A stretch of DNA of 64,000 nucleotides from an uncultured Gammaproteobacteria bacterium (lineage in GTDB: Bacteria > Patescibacteriota > Microgenomatia > Levybacterales > UBA12049), in contig CAZAZU010000001.1 of assembly GCA_964490105.1 (NCBI GenBank), forward strand, positions 22,706-86,705, written 5' to 3'. Of this stretch, positions 8,854 through 18,165 are shown one piece after another (the stretch's first letter is position 1; each line of letters opens with the position of its first letter). Below the pieces are notes generated by a model. That model saw only the letters and a program-made list of their open reading frames with translations. It did not search any database and was not told the origin of the DNA. The translations under genes were made by a program, and so were the position numbers.

Positions 8854-9405
8854 ATGAACCCCAATCTTATTTCAGATACAAGAGAAAACATGAGAAAGGC
8901 CCTTGATGTTCTTAGGGCCGATGTCGCAACAATCAGAACCGGAAAAGCAGCGCCTTCACTTGTAGAAAATATAGTGGTTTCTGTATATAACGGCACCACA
9001 AAGCTTCGTGTTATGGAAGTGGCCACAGTTAATGCTCAGGATGCGCAGACTTTGGTCTTAACTCCATTTGATGCATCAATCATCGAAGATATAAGAAAAG
9101 GAATTATGGAGTCTGGCGCTGGATTGAACCCCTCCTCAGATGGTCAAATTCTTAGAATTAGTATTCCGCCTCTTTCAGAAGAAAGAAGACAGGAGCTAAT
9201 TCACCTTATGAATCAAAAACTTGAGAACGGAAGGGTTATGTTAAGGCAGCTCAGGCATGAAGCCTTAAATGATCTTAAAAAAGAGGATTTACCGGAAGAT
9301 GAAAACGAAAGACTTGAAAAAGAAATTCAAAAAGCGACTGACGAATTCGTTGCGGAGATTGATTCACTTGGCAAGAAAAAAGAAGAAGAACTCCTACAGA
9401 TTTAA
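8854..9405 (+). CDS. frr: ribosome recycling factor
   Basis: Full-length RRF pattern (MRKALDVLRADVATIRTGKAAPSLVENI...SIPPLSEERRQEL). Confidence 0.92.
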   Translation: MNPNLISDTRENMRKALDVLRADVATIRTGKAAPSLVENIVVSVYNGTTKLRVMEVATVNAQDAQTLVLTPFDASIIEDIRKGIMESGAGLNPSSDGQILRISIPPLSEERRQELIHLMNQKLENGRVMLRQLRHEALNDLKKEDLPEDENERLEKEIQKATDEFVAEIDSLGKKKEEELLQI

Positions 9406-9520
9406 GTCAAAAGTTAAAAATCAAAACTCAAAAGTACATGTAAAAATTCAAAATTTTTAAAACTTACTATTTTTGAATTGCAATTTTGCCTTTTGCCTTT
9501 TGACCTTTGAATTTGTTTCC
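9406..9520. repeat. AT-rich intergenic element copy A (arms AAAAGTTAAAAATCAAAACTCAAAAG ... CTTTTGACCTTTGAATTTG)
   Basis: Shares two conserved arms with copy B at 25196-25289. Confidence 0.55.
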
Positions 9521-9537
9521 AGTTATAATAATTTCCT

Positions 9538-10665
9538 ATGATATTAACTATTCTTGTCTTCTTACTAATGCTTTCAGTTTTGGTCCTAATTCATGAATTA
9601 GGTCATTATCTGGTTGCAAGAAAATTCGGAATAAAAGTTGAAGAATTCGGATTTGGATTTCCGCCTCGTGTTTGGGGTAAAAAAATAGGAGAGACTCTTT
9701 ATTCTGTAAACCTTCTTCCGATCGGAGGATTTGTAAAGTTGTACGGAGAGGATGAGGCTGGAGCGGGAAAAATAAGCAAAGGAAAGAAAGTTACAAAAGA
9801 TCTTGATCGTGCTTTTTTTGCAAAACCAATTTATCAAAGAATTTTAGTAGTGATCGCTGGGGTAACAATGAATTTTATTTTAGCTGTAATAATTGTTACT
9901 TATCTTTTTACGACTGATGGAATTCCGACACCTGGAACTACAGTGACTTTAACAGAAATTGCTAAGGGGTCTCCAGCTGAAACTGCAGGTCTTAAAAAAG
10001 GAGATATTGTCCAAAAGATCGGAAGTATAGAGATTAAAGATACTCAGACTTTAGTAACTCAAGCGAGAAAAAATTTAGGAGAAGAACTTACGATTACGGT
10101 TCTTCGCTCTAAGGGTCTAGGTAAGGAAAGAGTAGATACGATTGAGCAAATAAAAGTTACTCCTAGGAAAAATTTTCCAGCAGGGGAAGGGCCTATGGGA
10201 ATTGCAATTTCCCAAAGTGTAGATATTAGAAAATATCCGTTCCCACAAAGCATGGTAGAAGGTACAAAGCAGGCTGTAAAAGACTCATGGCAGGTGGTCA
10301 TAGGATTTAAGATGGTAGTAACAGAAATTATAACCCGGTTTACCGTTCCTCAGGGTGTAGCCGGACCGATCGGGATGGCACAGCTCACTGGAGAATTTGT
10401 AAGAGTGGGCCCAGCTGCTGTTCTAGCATTGGTCTATACATTGAGTTTGAGTCTTGCTGTACTAAACGTACTGCCAATTCCTGCACTTGATGGAGGGCGT
10501 TTGTTATTTATCCTGATAGAAGCAATAACTAGAAGAAAAGTGAATGCAAGATTCGAAGCCTATGCACATTTAGTAGGTTTGGTTTTGCTGCTCAGTTTCC
10601 TGGCATTAGTTTCATATAAGGACATCATAAGAATCGTCGCAGGTCAATCAATTTTACCTCAATAA
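9538..10665 (+). CDS. rseP: RIP zinc metalloprotease RseP (M50 site-2 protease with PDZ domain)
   Basis: HELGHY zinc motif, PDZ region AKGSPAETAGLKKGDIV, LDGG motif. Confidence 0.9.
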   Translation: MILTILVFLLMLSVLVLIHELGHYLVARKFGIKVEEFGFGFPPRVWGKKIGETLYSVNLLPIGGFVKLYGEDEAGAGKISKGKKVTKDLDRAFFAKPIYQRILVVIAGVTMNFILAVIIVTYLFTTDGIPTPGTTVTLTEIAKGSPAETAGLKKGDIVQKIGSIEIKDTQTLVTQARKNLGEELTITVLRSKGLGKERVDTIEQIKVTPRKNFPAGEGPMGIAISQSVDIRKYPFPQSMVEGTKQAVKDSWQVVIGFKMVVTEIITRFTVPQGVAGPIGMAQLTGEFVRVGPAAVLALVYTLSLSLAVLNVLPIPALDGGRLLFILIEAITRRKVNARFEAYAHLVGLVLLLSFLALVSYKDIIRIVAGQSILPQ

Positions 10666-10674
10666 TTTAATTTT

Positions 10675-11070
10675 ATGGCAAGAATCCAGAAAACAGAAGA
10701 AGAGTGGAAGAGATCTCTTACGCCCAAGCAATACGAAATTCTAAGAGAAAAGGGGACAGAGCCGGCTTTTACAGGGGAATTTGTGGATAACCATGAGGAT
10801 GGAGTGTATTCGTGTGTAGCATGCGGAAATACTTTATTTGATTCGGGAACTAAGTTTGACTCAGGAAGCGGATGGCCAAGTTTTTATGATGTTGCGACAA
10901 AAGGCAACGTAGTTTTAGAAGATGATAATAGTCACGGGATGACACGAACTGAAGTGAAATGTGCGAATTGCGGGGGACATTTGGGACATGTATTTACTGA
11001 TGGACCGAGGGATAAAACAGGGCTTCGTTATTGTATTAACTCCTGTGCGCTAGATTTTAAGAAAGCTTAA
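10675..11070 (+). CDS. msrB: peptide-methionine (R)-S-oxide reductase
   Basis: CVACGNTLF...GWPSF...[19 protein letters not shown]...RYCINS. Confidence 0.93.
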   Translation: MARIQKTEEEWKRSLTPKQYEILREKGTEPAFTGEFVDNHEDGVYSCVACGNTLFDSGTKFDSGSGWPSFYDVATKGNVVLEDDNSHGMTRTEVKCANCGGHLGHVFTDGPRDKTGLRYCINSCALDFKKA

Positions 11071-12083
11071 GAAGCAGTTGGCATCTTTGGATGTGGAATT
11101 TCATCAAGTCTTCCAATTCTAAAACCTCTGTTTCTTAGTCCTTTTGCCCAAATTGGTAAAGCTTCTGCCTCAGCTCCACTTTCTACAGGGTGTAAGATTA
11201 TAATAGATCCATTTTTAACTTTGCTATACACTTTATTAACAATTTGAGTTACGCTTCTTCCTTCATATGACTGTGTATCTAAATTCCATCCTAAAACAGC
11301 CTTTTTAAGTCTTTTTGCAGCCTGCCTTATAGGCTCATAATAAATACCGTGTCCAGGTTCTGCTCCAGCTCCTTGAGGCGGTCCCATGAAATAGTTTTGT
11401 TCTTCTCTTAAGAATAAATTCTCCCATGCATGGTTAGCAGGAAGAGTGTCTCTCATTATTTCATCAGTTGATTTATTTCCGCTTCCTCCATCAAAAAATA
11501 CATCATGACTCATCGTGTGATTTCCCCATAGAACAAGTTTTCTTCCATCTTTACCTTTAAGTCTATCAGCTCTTCTCATGAGGTCAGGATATGCTACGAT
11601 AGCATCTCCAACTGGTAAAAGGGTTGCTGGGACGCTTGTTGCTTCCATGGCATCTAGTAAATCATGTCCCTGTTGTTCCCACCAGAAGTCATCAACTCTA
11701 ACATACACAACTTTTCTATTTTCAGGACCGCGGTCAACTTTAGTTCCTGGTCCAAAAGATGTTACTCCACGCGCTGCGTCTGCTGCAGCTGGGCCTACTG
11801 TAATTGGATCTATATGACTTCTTCTTAGCTCTCTGAGTCTTTCTCTAGCATCTCTAAGTCTAGAATCCGAAGTAGAAAGTGAAGGTTCTTGGTCTCTTGA
11901 TAAATCTCGAACTGCGGCAATTGCTGCTCCGCTAGGTATAACTAATCCAAGTCCAACAGCTGTTGTAACTGCTGCGGCTTCTTTCATAAAAAGTCTTCTT
12001 GAAGGATTTGCAACATGATTAGCAGGTGTTACTGCTTCAGCTGGTGTTGCTCCTGGTATATGTGCATCAATTGGTCTTGTCAT
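11067..12083 (-). CDS. polysaccharide deacetylase (CE4/NodB domain) with twin-arginine signal peptide
   Basis: [21 protein letters not shown] is Tat-like; [26 protein letters not shown] typical of the CE4 fold. Confidence 0.75.
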   Translation of the reverse strand: MTRPIDAHIPGATPAEAVTPANHVANPSRRLFMKEAAAVTTAVGLGLVIPSGAAIAAVRDLSRDQEPSLSTSDSRLRDARERLRELRRSHIDPITVGPAAADAARGVTSFGPGTKVDRGPENRKVVYVRVDDFWWEQQGHDLLDAMEATSVPATLLPVGDAIVAYPDLMRRADRLKGKDGRKLVLWGNHTMSHDVFFDGGSGNKSTDEIMRDTLPANHAWENLFLREEQNYFMGPPQGAGAEPGHGIYYEPIRQAAKRLKKAVLGWNLDTQSYEGRSVTQIVNKVYSKVKNGSIIILHPVESGAEAEALPIWAKGLRNRGFRIGRLDEIPHPKMPTAS

Positions 12084-12096
12084 AATTTGAGTGTGT

Positions 12097-12125
12097 ATAA
12101 TATAATATTATAGGTCTCTTGTCAA
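12097..12125 (-). promoter_or_regulatory. promoter TTGACA-17-TATTAT for the 11067..12083 deacetylase gene (13-nt leader)
   Basis: Read on minus strand. Confidence 0.5.
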
Positions 12126-12128
12126 GTG

Positions 12129-14267
12129 TTAGTTATCTTTAAATATTTCGTCCATTGTTACTGGTTTTAAGCCTGCAGCTAAAGCTTTTTCAATAAGTCC
12201 AGGTAGAGCAGCGATATCTGCTTTTTCATCATGAAGCACTATTATAGACCCATTTTGAATATCTCGACTTAATTTTCTTTCTACTTCGCGTCCTGTGTCA
12301 CCATTCCAAGCTTCAGAAACTGAAGTAAACATTCCAAAAGCAAGTCCCATGTCTTTAAGAACTTTCTGCATACCTTTATCTACTGAATACCATGGTGGTG
12401 CACCAACTCCTTCTGGCGGTCTAAAACTGTGCTGCACGTAGTTAGGATCTCTTAAAGCACGTCTTACTGAATTTAGCTGACTTGTTATTTGCTCTCTGAG
12501 ATCTTCTGCGGAGAACTTGTCTATTCCACTTGGATGATCTTTACTGTGATTTTGAATGGAATGACCCTTTTTATGAGCCCTGTAGTAGAATTCTGGATTT
12601 GCATCAACTGAATCTCCAGTAGGGAAGAGTGTAAGTTTTACGTTATACTTTTCTGCAATTTTCAAAATCTGTTCCATTTCTTCGATATCCCAGCCATCAT
12701 CTATGGTAAAGAATATTTCAGGCTTACTTCTATCTCCGTGTTCAATAACTTCCCCCGGTTTTAATTTAATTTCTGATTCGATAATACCTTGTGTAGCTTC
12801 GGGTGTTTGAGTAGGTTCAGTTGTAATAGACGGAGTTACAGTCGCCTCAGGTGTTGGTATTGGAGCTGTAGGCTCATCGCTTACGTAAAATCTTCCTCCG
12901 ATAAGTCCTGCTGCTGCTACATTAAAGAGATCATTTATAGGTTCCCATGTAGGTTTATCTAAGTTTCTAAATGTTTCAAGCATGTGTGCTCTGTAAGCCT
13001 CGTCACCTGAAACTAGGGAAGCCATAAATGCTGCAGTTGTAAATGCTGTATCGGAATATCTATCTTCGCTCTCGTCTAATGATCCATCCAATTTATAGCC
13101 ATCTTTAAGTTGACTCGAATCATACCCAGTTACATTTCCAGCGCCGTCTTTGATTGCAATTTTATCTTGGAAAAAAGCACTAACTAAATCTAAATGTGAA
13201 ATAGCGTCATCTCTAGACGTTGGATCTTCAGAATAAATAGCTGTATGGAGGTTATTTAATACGAAATAGGCGATATCATAGTTAATTACAGGCTTACTAG
13301 ATTCATTGTTTCTTGGTTTTCCGTCGATGTCAGTCCAGTTAGGTGCTGCTGCATATTCACCATTTCTAATTCTTTCATCTATTTTTCCTAAAAATTCTTT
13401 AGTGTCACTAGCCGTATTTATCCAATCTGGACTAACTCTAGCTGCGGTTTCCATGAGTACTACGCTTAAATATGCTGGATTTGTTAAGTCTTCAGAATCT
13501 GCCCAGTGGAAAGCTTGAGGGACATTTTTGCCGTTTCCGCTTTCGATCATCCCATTTGCAGCCATAATATCAAAAATTTCTTGTCCCTCCGCTTGTCTTG
13601 CAGTGTCAACATGAAGAGTTCTTGCAAGTGCCATATACATCATTACATTAGATACAACTGTAGGATCTGTCATATCGGCCCAGTTAACTTCGCCATCTTT
13701 TTTTCTCTTTTTACCTTCCCAGATTTTAGCTACATCTTTTTCATTTCCAACATCCGTTAAATGAACTTCCCAAGGAGTTAATCCATCAGGAAGATTACTT
13801 TCTCCAGTATTTGCGTACTTATATCTGTCATCAAACCTCATGAGTCTTTCAGCAGTTTCAAAGTCCCCAGAATAAATCGCTAAAAGTTCTCCAAAAGCTT
13901 GATATTCCAAGGCTGCTAGATCGCTATCTCTATCTTGGCCATATTGAACTCTTAGTGCGCCGTCACCAGCATCAATAAATCTTTCAGCTTTAATTATTTG
14001 ATATATGGCGTCAAATTCTTGGCTCATCGCACCTTGGATTTCAGGTGTGATATTTAATCTTGCAAGATTTTCCGTAATGTTTTCAGGAGTTAGTGAGTTA
14101 GAAGTATTAAGCTCTCCACTAGAAGGTCTAGGATTTCCAGTTTTTGAAATAGCTACTGGTGCATCAATTGTGTTTGCTCCAATAAAAGACACAGCAAGTA
14201 AAGCAGATCCCGCAACTTTTAGTGCGGTTCCTGGTTTTTGAATTCTGGGTTGAATGCGTTCGCTCAT
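12129..14267 (-). CDS. secreted two-domain protein: N-terminal ~500-aa alpha-helical (putative glycoside-hydrolase-like) domain, Pro/Thr linker, C-terminal CE4 polysaccharide deacetylase
   Basis: Sec-type signal peptide; linker PTAPIPTPEATVTPSITTEPTQTPEATQ; C-terminal FFTIDDGWD...HSKDHP...IIVLHDE NodB motifs; PelA-like hydrolase+deacetylase architecture is an inference. Confidence 0.7.
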   Translation of the reverse strand: MSERIQPRIQKPGTALKVAGSALLAVSFIGANTIDAPVAISKTGNPRPSSGELNTSNSLTPENITENLARLNITPEIQGAMSQEFDAIYQIIKAERFIDAGDGALRVQYGQDRDSDLAALEYQAFGELLAIYSGDFETAERLMRFDDRYKYANTGESNLPDGLTPWEVHLTDVGNEKDVAKIWEGKKRKKDGEVNWADMTDPTVVSNVMMYMALARTLHVDTARQAEGQEIFDIMAANGMIESGNGKNVPQAFHWADSEDLTNPAYLSVVLMETAARVSPDWINTASDTKEFLGKIDERIRNGEYAAAPNWTDIDGKPRNNESSKPVINYDIAYFVLNNLHTAIYSEDPTSRDDAISHLDLVSAFFQDKIAIKDGAGNVTGYDSSQLKDGYKLDGSLDESEDRYSDTAFTTAAFMASLVSGDEAYRAHMLETFRNLDKPTWEPINDLFNVAAAGLIGGRFYVSDEPTAPIPTPEATVTPSITTEPTQTPEATQGIIESEIKLKPGEVIEHGDRSKPEIFFTIDDGWDIEEMEQILKIAEKYNVKLTLFPTGDSVDANPEFYYRAHKKGHSIQNHSKDHPSGIDKFSAEDLREQITSQLNSVRRALRDPNYVQHSFRPPEGVGAPPWYSVDKGMQKVLKDMGLAFGMFTSVSEAWNGDTGREVERKLSRDIQNGSIIVLHDEKADIAALPGLIEKALAAGLKPVTMDEIFKDN

Positions 14268-14365
14268 GTAAGCGCGGACTATATCATATTATAGGGTATT
14301 TTGCAATCTTATAGTAAAATATTGATCATAAACAAAAATATAGAATTTCCTGATATACTTACGGC

Positions 14366-15115
14366 GTGGATAGATCGTCACTATTAGGCCTAAATCATTT
14401 TAAAAATAAAGATAATATTTTAGTAGTTGAAGCACCAACAGCACAGTCTGCAAACGAGACCATTTCGGAAATTTTGGAGAAGTATTGTGATTTAAAAACC
14501 GCGCTTTTTCTTTCAGGAGGAAATACCCCTAAAAAACTTTATGAGTTAATTGCTTTACAGAAAAAATTAAAAGTAGGAGCAGTGGGACAGGTTGATGAAA
14601 GGTTTGGAGAAAAGAATCACAAGAAAAGTAATGAGCTAATGATAAAAGAGACTGGAATTTTGGATTTTTTTGAGAGCTCAAATCTGAGATTTTACCCGAT
14701 TTTACAAAGTGATGAAAGCTTGGAGAATACAGCTTTAGAGTATGATGAAGCACTTAGATTTATCCTCAAATATTTTCCAAAGAGTGTAGGTATTATGGGA
14801 TTAGGACAGGATGGGCATACCGCAGGAATTCCGGCAATTACGGAGATTTCTAAAAAGATGATAGAGGATGGAAGCGCACTAGTTTCTTTTTATGAAGCCG
14901 AAAAATATGGGCCAAGAATTACTATGAATTTTCATGCAATTAGTGTATTAGATTTGATTATCGTTTTAGTTCTTGGTCAGGAAAAAAGAGAGATTTTAAA
15001 TCAAATGTTTAAATTTAATGGAGATCAGGAAGAGATAGAGAAGTTCCCAGCGAAATTTTATTTAAAACCCGAAATAGCCTCCAAAACCATCATCATTACA
15101 GATCAGATAGTTTAA
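14366..15115 (+). CDS. pgl: 6-phosphogluconolactonase (GTG start, leaderless after TATACT)
   Basis: LSGGNTPKKLYE, GLGQDGHTAG; clustered with zwf and gnd. Confidence 0.8.
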   Translation: MDRSSLLGLNHFKNKDNILVVEAPTAQSANETISEILEKYCDLKTALFLSGGNTPKKLYELIALQKKLKVGAVGQVDERFGEKNHKKSNELMIKETGILDFFESSNLRFYPILQSDESLENTALEYDEALRFILKYFPKSVGIMGLGQDGHTAGIPAITEISKKMIEDGSALVSFYEAEKYGPRITMNFHAISVLDLIIVLVLGQEKREILNQMFKFNGDQEEIEKFPAKFYLKPEIASKTIIITDQIV

Positions 15116-15118
15116 AAA

Positions 15119-15919
15119 TTATTCGTATATGTCTTCAGGAGAATTATTTATTCTGGCATGGATATCTGCTCTATCTGGGAAAATTGAATCCAAGGCTTCT
15201 CCGAGATCTCTAATTGGAGTTCGACCAAGATTTACTATTGTGCCCTTTCTTAGATCTTGAACTGTAATTTTTGCAGGACGAGCTGGAGTGCCGTCTTCTG
15301 ATTCCTCTACAGCAGGAGAGGCGATTATTAATCTTGCAGTTTCTTTATCGTCCAACTCCCAAATAGTTACATAATTTTCATCTGGTTTTACCTCAATTGC
15401 CCACCTGTCATTATGGGCTCCAGTCATTCCGCGAAGCTCAGCTCTTGCTATTTCCGCAGCTACTCTTACTACTTTCTCTGTTACTTCTTTCTGGAGTGAA
15501 TACTCATCGACTAACTGCGCAAGTTTACTTACGTCTTCATTCTCATCCCAGCCTCTTTCTCCAGTTCTTGGGTGTAGATGGATGCCCCCGACTCTGGTGC
15601 CAAACATCTGGAGAACGTCAGCGCGAATTGATTCAAAGGCAGGTAAACCATCATCTAAATCTGGATTAAGAACAGCAGTAATACTGGTATCTGAACCGAA
15701 ATTGAGAAGATTTTTTTCTACCTGTAAAGTCCAATATGTTCCAGGTGCAGTGGATAATCTTAAGGATGAGTCTGGTCTTCCTGTGAAGTGGGTTGACTCG
15801 GCTTGTACATAATTCATAACTCTATTAAGTGTTGCTATATTTGTTTCGCGATCAGTAATTTGCTCTGGAATGACGTCTTTTGGTGTAGTTCCTCCTCCGG
15901 GAGTAATATCGGGTGGCAT
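15119..15919 (-). CDS. hypothetical protein (266 aa), Lys-poor
   Basis: Long ORF with own TTGACA-17-TATATT promoter; no motif recognised. Confidence 0.55.
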   Translation of the reverse strand: MPPDITPGGGTTPKDVIPEQITDRETNIATLNRVMNYVQAESTHFTGRPDSSLRLSTAPGTYWTLQVEKNLLNFGSDTSITAVLNPDLDDGLPAFESIRADVLQMFGTRVGGIHLHPRTGERGWDENEDVSKLAQLVDEYSLQKEVTEKVVRVAAEIARAELRGMTGAHNDRWAIEVKPDENYVTIWELDDKETARLIIASPAVEESEDGTPARPAKITVQDLRKGTIVNLGRTPIRDLGEALDSIFPDRADIHARINNSPEDIYE

Positions 15920-15954
15920 AATAGGGGGTAATATACGCTTAAATGCTTATTCTG

Positions 15955-16353
15955 TCAAGGCAGGTTAGGGGGTGGGGGTGGCGTAAGTAGTTTTCTAGCT
16001 TCATCGAGCGCTGTTTGAGTTGATGTGCCAGGATTTTTAAAATCACCAGGATAAACTACCTCAAAAGACGGGTCACTAAACGTTTTTCCACTATAGAATG
16101 TTCTTATTATATAAGGTTTACCTTCCGCTGAAATACCAGGGTAAGTAACCCTAGTAAGATCAGGTCCTTGTCTACCATCAAATTCGAACCCATCTCTTCC
16201 TACGAATAATTTTTCCCTTTCTTCAGGAACAATTCCAGAGCGATTTGCAATTAAGCCATTGATTTCTGATACTGCGGCCCTTCTTGCAGCACCATCTAAT
16301 CGCGATTCTTTAGGAGCTGATCCTGTTCTTTCTGCTAATGTTGGTCCTGCCAT
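15955..16353 (-). CDS. hypothetical protein (132 aa), C-terminal PPPPP
   Basis: ORF with own TTGACA-17-TATATT promoter (same hexamers as the promoter of 15119..15919). Confidence 0.5.
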   Translation of the reverse strand: MAGPTLAERTGSAPKESRLDGAARRAAVSEINGLIANRSGIVPEEREKLFVGRDGFEFDGRQGPDLTRVTYPGISAEGKPYIIRTFYSGKTFSDPSFEVVYPGDFKNPGTSTQTALDEARKLLTPPPPPNLP

Positions 16354-16408
16354 AATTGCGCAAATATACTCTTTGAAGTTTAGGCTGTCAAGAGTATATA
16401 ATCTATGA

Positions 16409-17848
16409 ATGGATAGTCCTGAAATATTTCAAGAACTTAAAAGCCCGTTTGTTCTGGTAATTTTTGGAGCCACAGGAGATCTCACTCATCATAAATTAAT
16501 CCCCGGACTTCTATCACTTTTTAATAAAAAAATGCTTCCGTCCGAATTTTTTATTGTTGGTTTTTCGAGGCGTGCATATTCTGACGAAGAATTTCGTACT
16601 TCGTTTGACGATCTAACTAAACAAGAAGGTTGGGATGAATTTTCAAAACACCTGCATTATGAAAAAGGAACTTTTGAAAATAAATCAGGATATGAAAATT
16701 TGATTACTCATTTGAACAAGTTGGATGCTAAAGTTGGCGCATGTATCACGCGTTTCTTCTATTTAGCTACTCCGCCACAGCATTATTCAGATATTTTAGA
16801 TAAATTGGTGAGCACGAAGCTTTCTGAAGGATGCGGACAGGGTAGTAATAAATGGACTAGGGTAGTAATTGAAAAACCTTTTGGAAAAGATTTGGAGACT
16901 GCAAAAATGCTTGAAGAAAAGCTTTCAAAAATATTTGATGAAAAACAGATTTTTAGAGTAGATCATTATCTCGGAAAAGAAACTGTTCAGAACATGCTGG
17001 CATTTAGATTCGCTAACAGTATCTTTGAGCCTGTTTGGAATAATAAAAATATAGATCATGTTCAGATAACTTGGGCTCAAAAAGAAGGCATTGAGAATAG
17101 AGGGAATTTTTTTGATGGCGTAGGAATGCTTAGGGATATAGTACAAAATCATATCATGCAGCTTATTTCCTCCGTTGCTATGGAGCAGCCACGTAGTTTT
17201 ACAAAAGAAGATGTAAGGAATGAAAGAGCTAAAGTAACTAGCGCTGTAACTTTAGCAGACAAAAATGTGATTAGAGGCCAATATGAAGGATATTTAGACG
17301 AAGAAGAGGTGGAAAAAGGTTCTCAGACAGAGACATATGTAGCGATGAAATTAGCAGTAAATACTCCGAGATTTGCGGGAGTGCCGTTTTATATTCGGGC
17401 TGGAAAGAAAATGGAAAAAGAGGTAATCACTATATCGGTAGTTTTTATTCAAACCTGCCATTTATTGTTTAAAGAATATGGATGTCCAGAGATAGGAAAT
17501 GTTTTGACCTTTAGAATTCAGCCTGACGAAGGAATTACTCTTCGGCTGATCGCAAAAAAACCTGGTGCGAAGCTAAAATTAGGGAGCGTAAATATGAAGT
17601 TTAATTATAAAGATGATTTTGGTACTGCAGGGCTGGATGCATATGAGAAGATTCTTTTGGATATTTTCGCAGGTGACCAGATTTTGTTTACACGAAGTGA
17701 TGAGGTTCAGAATTCATGGAAACTACTTGATAATATATTAAAAAACTGGAAGAATGAAAGCAATATTTCTAAATATCCGGTTGATGGATGGGGACCTAAA
17801 GAAGCAACAGATTTAATAGAAAAGGATGGGAAAAAATGGATAGTATAA
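16409..17848 (+). CDS. zwf: glucose-6-phosphate 1-dehydrogenase
   Basis: VIFGATGDLTHHKLIPGL, IEKPFGKDLETA, RVDHYLGKE. Confidence 0.93.
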   Translation: MDSPEIFQELKSPFVLVIFGATGDLTHHKLIPGLLSLFNKKMLPSEFFIVGFSRRAYSDEEFRTSFDDLTKQEGWDEFSKHLHYEKGTFENKSGYENLITHLNKLDAKVGACITRFFYLATPPQHYSDILDKLVSTKLSEGCGQGSNKWTRVVIEKPFGKDLETAKMLEEKLSKIFDEKQIFRVDHYLGKETVQNMLAFRFANSIFEPVWNNKNIDHVQITWAQKEGIENRGNFFDGVGMLRDIVQNHIMQLISSVAMEQPRSFTKEDVRNERAKVTSAVTLADKNVIRGQYEGYLDEEEVEKGSQTETYVAMKLAVNTPRFAGVPFYIRAGKKMEKEVITISVVFIQTCHLLFKEYGCPEIGNVLTFRIQPDEGITLRLIAKKPGAKLKLGSVNMKFNYKDDFGTAGLDAYEKILLDIFAGDQILFTRSDEVQNSWKLLDNILKNWKNESNISKYPVDGWGPKEATDLIEKDGKKWIV

Positions 17849-18165
17849 CTTTTGAAGAATTTAAAAAAGTAGAAATAAGAATGGGGAAAATAATTTCCTG
17901 CGAAAAAGTAGCGGATGCAGATAAATTGTTAAAGCTCCAAGTAGATTTCGGAGAATTTCAACGCCAAATTGTTTCAGGAATTGCCTTGAGTTATACGCCA
18001 GAAGAGATGGTGGGAAAAACCTTGCCATTTATAGTCAACTTAGAATTTAGAAAATTTAAAGGTGAAGAATCTCAGGGTATGCTTATGGCGACAGGAACAG
18101 GGAGTGAGAATATTGTTTTACTTGAGCCAAATAAAGATATTGAACCCGGCGCTGAGGTAGTTTAA
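17836..18165 (+). CDS. tRNA-binding domain protein (CsaA / EMAP-II-like OB fold)
   Basis: IRMGKIISCEKVADADKLLKLQVDFGE...RQIVSGIA...GMLMA pattern. Confidence 0.75.
   Translation: MDSITFEEFKKVEIRMGKIISCEKVADADKLLKLQVDFGEFQRQIVSGIALSYTPEEMVGKTLPFIVNLEFRKFKGEESQGMLMATGTGSENIVLLEPNKDIEPGAEVV

Noticed and set aside
9269-9460. 63-aa Lys-rich ORF overlapping the frr 3' end
   Set aside because: Alternative frame of frr running into the AT-rich spacer; no start context.
13306-14241. Plus-strand ORFs (70-84 aa) inside the 12129..14267 deacetylase gene
   Set aside because: Antisense shadow ORFs within a gene with clear CE4 domain evidence.
11067-14267. Recent horizontal transfer of the Lys-poor genes from a high-GC donor
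   Set aside because: Codon third positions and Arg codon choice (AGA) match the host. Only the amino-acid composition is distinct, so at most an ancient, ameliorated acquisition.
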